Shown in pieces: positions 56,622 to 64,000 of a DNA stretch of 64,000 nt. The translations under genes were made by a program, and so were the position numbers. Position 1 is the first letter of the stretch; every line of letters begins with the position of its first letter. Location of the stretch: the NCBI GenBank assembly GCA_012295275.1, contig CM022672.1, forward strand, positions 3,286,001 to 3,350,000, given 5' to 3'. The notes under the pieces are model-generated. The model did not search any database. It was given only the letters and a program-made list of their open reading frames with translations, and was not told where the DNA came from. Source of the DNA: Chrysomallon squamiferum (lineage: Eukaryota > Animalia > Mollusca).

Positions 56622-58692
56622 TCACGTTTCTTCCAATGAACTGAGAATATCGCCTGGTCCTGACTGATTTGGATGTGGAAGCAGATTTTGATGTTCATTT
56701 TGCATATCTGATCCTGCTATGATTATCCGATCATTGCCGTGATTCATGTCATTTACATTTCCATTTTCTACGTTATTGTCCTCCTGGTTGCCTCCACTCA
56801 CAAACACCCCCCCTGTACCTCTGTGTCGATTCAGAGCATGTTTATGTCGAGACTCATATAAGTATTTCTGAAAAGCAATAAAAACTTTTCTCAATACGAA
56901 CCTACAAAATATTTGTTTTTAAATCCTGCTAATTGAATAAATTTTTTTTTTTTTTTTTTGTTTTTTACAGATTTGTGGAAATATTCAAAAAGTAAGGATC
57001 TACAAATCCTAAACAGTTTTTTAAAAAAAAAAATAATAATAATAAAGAAACATTTTGAAGAATAAATAATAAATAATGTATATGTATAGCCAAACAAAAA
57101 CAACCTGTCTTTCTTTAGGAATTTTCCCCAAAGCTTCCAGTTTTGCTCTGGCCTGTCGTCGTTTTAGAATTCGGTGGTACTGCTTCGCATTCACATACAG
57201 CGGTTCATCACCAGTATCTGACCCAGGCTAGAAAATCAAAAAAAAAAAAAAAAATGAAAAATTATGATCATAAAAATAAACAGCACTTAAGCAGTAATTG
57301 TAAACTTGAAATTGTTGAAATTTATTTATATGCATCGAAATCTATTCTTCAGCATAATTATATATACAATGAAGTGAATACAAACTGGCCACATAATCAT
57401 TGAATGTGAAGTGACTGTCACTGTGCTACCCTCTTCATACTTTGTTATTAAAAAACATTTCATATTGGCAATGTGACAATTGTAATTGTGTAAAGGTATA
57501 CTAAATATATTTAGGTCACTAGAGGGTATGTTTTAATGTGTGTTTATAGTACACAGTGTCTTACCATTGGCAACTGCTGACCAATCTGTTGTGACGGTAA
57601 ATTGATAACTTGAATACCTACAACGTAAAGTAATACATAATTTTAATAGACACTTTGGTTTATCAAGGATAAAAACAACCAGAATTTTTTTGGAAAAAAG
57701 CTTTTAATTTGATCTGTAATTTGAAACATCATAAAATCACTAGTAAATATGATTTAAATAAATAAAACAGCAATCAGTCGGAATCTAATCCATCATTTTT
57801 AAAGTTTCACAGTGTGATATGTAATGTAGATCTTTAAGATTTAAATACTATTTCTTTAAACTTTCTACAATTTAATTAAATAAAAGAAATAAAAATACTG
57901 CTACGTTATGAAATGAAATTATTCAGATTTTGAGCTAATTTCAGAAATGTTTAAACTCTCAAATCAATAGTAATGATAATAATAAAATCTTTTGTTCTGT
58001 ATGAAATAAAATAGTTTTAACAATTACACAGATATATCAATGTTCCTTTGCATCTAAGCAAGCTTTCTAACTAAACTACAAGTCAAAAATTACCTTGTGG
58101 AAGTTGTACAGGTTTGTTGTTTGCATCAACCAGCACAAATGACGTTTGTCCATTTATCGTGACTTGATTAAGAAACAACATCTGAGGAATACCAGCAGCA
58201 TTGACGGCTGATGTCACTGATGCTGCTTGCTGCTGCTGTACTACGGGCTGTGTTTGGATGACATTTGTTCCCTGCACTACAGTTGATGCCTGACCAAGAG
58301 GCTGCGCTGTGGAAATCATCTGAACATTTGCTGCATTGGAAATAACTTGGGAACTTGCCTGTGTCGTGGTATTGGATTGTGTTGTGTACACCTGGCCATC
58401 AGACACCTGTCAACAACAATATTAGAAATAAACAATAAGTATAGAGTATTATGTATTAACAGCAATAAATGTTCATAATAAAGATTTTTTTTAAATTACA
58501 TGAACCATATCTTTTTTGTATTTTCTGTTTTCATAACCTCCTACAGTATTTCTTTTTAAATATTTGTACCTGAACAACCTGGCCATCTTGAGTTATATAT
58601 TGTATTCCGTGTACTGTCTGGTTGTCATCTCCCTGATTAATAACTATTTGCTGGGTGTCTGCATCATATACTGTGAATTGTTCGTCAGCCAT
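56622..58692 (-). CDS. NFYA: Nuclear transcription factor Y subunit alpha-like (~285 aa)
   Basis: Exons 58692-58570, 58406-58094, 57617-57565, 57227-57105 and 56867-56622. Q-rich N-terminus; CBFB/NF-YA domain EPLYVNAKQYHRILKRRQARAKLE...KIPKERQKYLYESRHKHALNRHRGTGGVF. Confidence 0.93.
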
Positions 58693-59679
58693 TATTTTTT
58701 CTTCTCTGAAAATAATAAAAATTAAATTAGAATTATGATTTCATAAAATAATGTTCATAAATATATACAGTGGCTTTAAAAAAATGCATTACTTCTAGTA
58801 AAACATGATAAAAATTAAACTGTCTTGGCACCTCAACTCTGATGGAAAAGTTTGTCTTAGTGCCCTAACATTTCTGATAAACCCAAGATACACTCATCAT
58901 GTCATAATTATTATTTTTAAAACATATATACATAATTATTGTTTATTTATTATCTTGAAGAAAAAATAACATAGGAATTACTTCTGTACGGTTATAAACT
59001 GGAATCTATATGGGTTCTAAGTACTATCTCTAATTTTGAAGATAAAATTTTAGATAATTATATCTAATCAACAGATGTTAAATAAGATGAATTAAAATTA
59101 AAAATAACGATATATTACTTCCGTGGCAGTGGATTTTTTTTCAAGTCATTCATTATACTCATAGCATTATGAAGACAGTTTAGATGAACAGTAAAGAGAT
59201 ATCACTGAGAAAATCATAGTTATTTATATTATATATTTAGTCGGTTTTCAAAAAAGAAAACAAACATTTCTTACTTTTTTAGCAGAAGTATTTAACTATT
59301 TTAGAAAAGAGTCTAAAAACCCAGCACAATTAGTATATTTACTATGTACAGGACATAACCTAATCTGTGAATAATGCTTAGTAAATATCACTTTGTATTA
59401 TGCAACTAAGTCAAAACAACAAAGAGTTCGAAGTAAGACACAAGTCTGGCTAAGTAAGTAACTTAGTAAGCCGTTGCAAAAACTTACTGAGTACCAGTAT
59501 GGGGAGGGTTACATAAAAAAGTGTTTTGGGAAGCGTTCAGACAACTAATTTAGTCTATCACTAATCTGTATTGAACACAATGCTACTAAATGATGAAAAA
59601 CAAAGCTCAGTAAAATATTTACTTAAATATGGACATGGTTTTCTTCAATACACATTAAAAATCGGAATAGCCCAATATT

Positions 59680-60330
59680 TTCAATTCAACATGATGGATT
59701 TCCCCCGACTACAGAAAATGGCGCTGGATTGGGTGTAAAAATTATGACGTACTTCCCATAACTGGCTACGCAGTCATGTTTCAGACGCAACTATTCGGAA
59801 TTATTGCTTTTGTATAACTTTTAACTAAATTTAGTGTTTTAGGCTTTTTCGAAATATTTTTTCGTTTTATATTTTCTAATAGTAATACTGTTATTACTTA
59901 ATTTAACTGAACTGAAATGAACTTAATTATTATATTATATTATATTATATTATATTATATTATATTATATTATATTATATTATATATTATTTGTCTCTTT
60001 ATTTACCATTTTTTTAATTATTTTTTTTATTATATACATTTTTGGTTGTTTCGTTATGTATAGGTTTTTTTTATTATTATTATTTATTATGTTTACCTCT
60101 ACAGTTTAAATAAAAGCTTGAATTATAAAACTGAAACTAAACTTTCAATCAGCGGGGAAAAAAATAATAAAAAAAATAATAATAATAATAATAATAAATA
60201 CACTTCTTGCGTCTTGGATTTATGGGAACCAGTTTATCAGAGATATATTTACTTCCGTTTTTAACTTCCGGTTTAAATTCGCTTTTACTTTGTTTGTACC
60301 TAATACGTATCTGTATCGTAAATTATCACA
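59680..60330. promoter_or_regulatory. Probable divergent promoter region of NFYA and SNRPG
   Basis: YY1-like AAAATGGCG at 59715-59723, ATTGG (CCAAT box) at 59728-59732, TGACGT at ~59745, and ETS-like ACTTCCG at 60251 and 60264; locally CpG-containing. Confidence 0.6.
59926..59990. repeat. (TTATA)n pentanucleotide repeat between NFYA and SNRPG
   Basis: Direct reading of the sequence. Confidence 0.9.
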
Positions 60331-62130
60331 ATGAGTAAGGCGCATCCACCAGAGTTAAAAAAGTATGTTTTAAAATTATTTATTTTTATATTGAATGTAT
60401 AATTTTCATTATATTATTGTTCCCTTTTCTTTAATAAATAAAGATTATATAAGATCACTATAATGAATGTAAATGAGATCAGTTAATGCATATAGTGAAA
60501 CCACTAAGCTGAAATTCTAATACAAATAAATAATTGTTGTGTGTTTTTAAATAGTTTGTCCATTGCATGGGTTAAAACAGACAGTTGTTTATCACTGCAT
60601 GTAAAATAGCTACATAGTAATGATAGTAAAAGTGAATGATGGTGGCTAAGTTATAAAATTCTATACCATAATAATAATTTAATAAGTATAATATAGTATT
60701 AAAAAATAAAATTTAAAATATTCATAATTTGTTTTTCTTCTGTTTCTTCGGTTAAATTGCGTCTTTTTTTCCAGCATTATTAAAGGGAAAAATTATTTTA
60801 TCTTTTCTTATTTACAGATATATGGACAAACATCTGCAATGTAAGTATGCTTGTTTAAGTTCTAAAGTTGTTATAAAAAAAAACGATTTCGCACCTCATT
60901 GCTAAATGAAAAGACAGATCCAATCATGGCAGTATTTATCCAGAAATAGTTTGTTTCTCTCCTTCAAATATACTTGTATAGTAGAATCTACTGACACTAA
61001 GACATAATAGAATTTTGGTATGCAACCAAATGCAAAAATGAATATGTGCAATGCTTTTGGCGCCATTCTAAGATGGTGGTGATTTATCACCAAAAAGTTT
61101 AAATTGATGTTCTTGGCATTAGCATATTTTTGATGCTAGTGCCGTGGTGAAACTTATTGTATAGAAGAAATACAGGTGCTTTTTTTTTTATTGAATAGAC
61201 CTTTCATACTTCAACTGCAGTTCATTTATCAGTTTTATATATTAAATTATTTTCATTTTTAAATAATATGTTAAATTTGCATTATCTTTTTAAAATATAT
61301 TTGTATACAGAGAAAAATCTGGAACACGATTTAGTTTATAGTACTGATTTCGAGTTATGTTCCTGACAGATTGATTATAAATGTTATAATTATGTTCAGA
61401 TTTTTGGTTTTATAGTTATCAGTTTCCTAGAAATTTATTGTTATTATTAATATTGTACATTTTTTAAAGGTCTTCTTAAATTAACAACTTAAGACAGGTC
61501 AGATTAACCCAGGATTTTTTTTCAATATTCATAATTATCAGGTTTAAAGATAAATCAGTTTGTTGTATTGTTTTGTTTGTTTCTTTTGTTTTAAAATTTT
61601 TACTTCTATAATAATATTTATTGCTTGCAGTGAAAATAAATGGAGGGAGACAAATATCTGGTATTCTGCGAGGATTTGATCCTTTTATGAATCTTGTGAT
61701 AGATGAAGGGATGGAAAACACAAAGTCTGGTGAACAAAAACCCATTGGCATGGTAGTAAGTAAACACTGTATTATTTAGAAATCATTTTAAAAACAAAAT
61801 AAAATACTAAGCATATTAACAAATGTAGACAGACTGGATAATATTGTTTTCATTCCTTCTCATTTCATCTTTTCTACATAAATAGTATTTACAATTATTA
61901 TTTTGCTAGTTGATTTCTAAATGATGGCAAATTGTATTAACAATGAATGTAATATACATTAATTACAAATTAAAGTTACTTCTGTGGCAACTAATGTAAA
62001 TGGACGTAACAAGGCATTCTCTCTTGATATGTATTTTGAAACAAATTTACAAATGCGTTGTTTACATTTTATTTTTCAGGTTGTTCGTGGTAATAGCATT
62101 GTTTTATTGGAGGCCCTAGACAGGATATGA
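60331..62130 (+). CDS. SNRPG: Small nuclear ribonucleoprotein G (SmG), 76 aa
   Basis: Exons 60331-60362, 60818-60840, 61631-61755 and 62080-62130 give [45 protein letters not shown]...[26 protein letters not shown] at 62232. Confidence 0.97.
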
Positions 62131-63099
62131 TTTTTAATTTTCACAGAAAATGTTCTCGTAATTCATTCTCACATGACTGTTTTAAAAGCATTGTTCATTT
62201 TCTCATGTACTGTTTTGTAATTTCCTTTGTAAATAAACATTCTCAATCAACTAAATTGTGTTCTGCTTGTTGTACATAAAATAATAATTATTTAAAAGAC
62301 GACATGGTCATACATGTTTTTCATTGACTTTATATTGTACTAAATGGAAAAAATTTCACATCTGTATGATTTTTATTATTTTTATTTGTATATTTATTTA
62401 TTTTATTTTTGTATTTTACTTTTTTTTTTTGTATATATATATATATATTCATTCAAAAAATAAAGTAAAATACAAAAAAATATATATGTATGCCTCAACG
62501 ATACAAAATATTTATTTAAATAATTTATTATTGTTTTATTATTTTATTTTATTTTTATTAATGAGCATGCATGTAGAAGCCTCTGTGGTACAAAATATAT
62601 ATATTAAATAATGGACACCATAAGAACGAAGTTGGTAAAGTAAAATGTTTAATTAAAATAAATGATTAAAACAATTACCCCGATGCAATGCATTTGAAGT
62701 GTGTTCATCGTTGTTCCATGGAGTTACCTCCTTAACAATATTCCTAATGTTGCTTGATACCTTGACAGATTCCAAAATGGTGTTAGAAGATGGTTTTCTG
62801 TGTTCCTCGTGTTATTAATTTCACAGAGTATTGTTTTCTTGATGTTGATTAGAGTATACTTTTAGTTCCATCATTACAGAGTTTGATTCAGCTGTTTTTT
62901 CTCGTTCCAGCCTGTGTTTTGCGACAGGTTTATCGGGTTTATTTTGTATGTAATTTATTTAATTCACAGTATAAATAAATAAATAAAGTACCCCGACTGA
63001 ATTAATTATATGAATAGTATCCATTCGAATTATAATGATAATTAAAAAATAAATACATATTTACGTCACAGGTTTTTAATATGAACATAAATAAGTATG

Positions 63100-63133
<34 letters not shown>

Positions 63134-63723
63134 TATACATTATGTCTTGAAGTTAAAATGTAGAGCACGAAACAAAAAAAAAAAAAACGACAGACAGAAA
63201 ACACATTTCTTTATTAAATGCATGGTGATATCACAAAAGTTTATTCATCATTCATCGTATAGTTTAAAAAAATATTTAAAAATTTCTCTATTCTTACTTG
63301 TGACTCATGAAATAAAGTGGTGCACTATACAGAAAATTTTGATTTAACTCGAGAATAGAAATAAGATCGGGCTAGAGGTCTAGGATTACTGTACCTGCCC
63401 GAGATGTAATAGATAGTTCCACACATTCAGTCCATTCAGTGACTGCGACTGATGGGAAGGTGCACATATACATAGCCGTAAGTACAATGGGGGCAAATAC
63501 CTCATACCGAAATTGAGGATTTTTTTATATTTATTATTTCTTTTTTTTTTTTAGATTTATTTATTGATTTATTTATTTATTATTATTATTATTTAGTACA
63601 ACGATTTTATTTTAAAACTATAAATCTCTATTCCGATAGAAACGATTTCCACTGAATTGCTTCGTTTATATCTACGATTACCGTTTGAAATCTGCCGATA
63701 TCGTTGCGACGAAAGACTTAGGT

Positions 63724-63922
<199 letters not shown>

Positions 63923-64000
63923 AGAGTATAGCATTGTTCACTTTAGAGTGTTATCGTGATATCGAACACTTTCACTTTTAAAAAAAAAATTATTATAATT

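Noticed and set aside
62680-63520. Possible exons of a minus-strand gene entering from the right edge
   Set aside because: Short open frames with plausible splice sites but no recognisable protein; cannot be supported.

Overview
AT-rich, microsatellite-dense, intron-rich animal DNA, most likely a mollusc (possibly a cephalopod; this is an inference from composition and gene style). Most short entries in the ORF track are microsatellite artefacts. Manual splicing gives seven genes. The first ~18 kb holds a compact co-oriented minus-strand cluster: two tandem paralogous secreted proteins with Unpaired/IL-6-like helical-cytokine features (3239-5788, 10518-14363) and a 107-aa MAVS/RIG-I-type CARD-only protein (15995-17168) that is absent from the ORF track. 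The first cytokine-like gene is bracketed by a ~1.1 kb inverted duplication that carries paired CCAAT boxes and an inward-pointing splice donor. The rest is housekeeping: UIMC1/RAP80 (-) head-to-head with TBC1D12/14 (+), then an NF-YA with an altered DNA-binding motif (-) head-to-head with SNRPG (+). Also present are a Tigger4/MER46-like MITE, several minisatellites and a dense TGACA cluster. All gene models were read by eye; no database searches were run.
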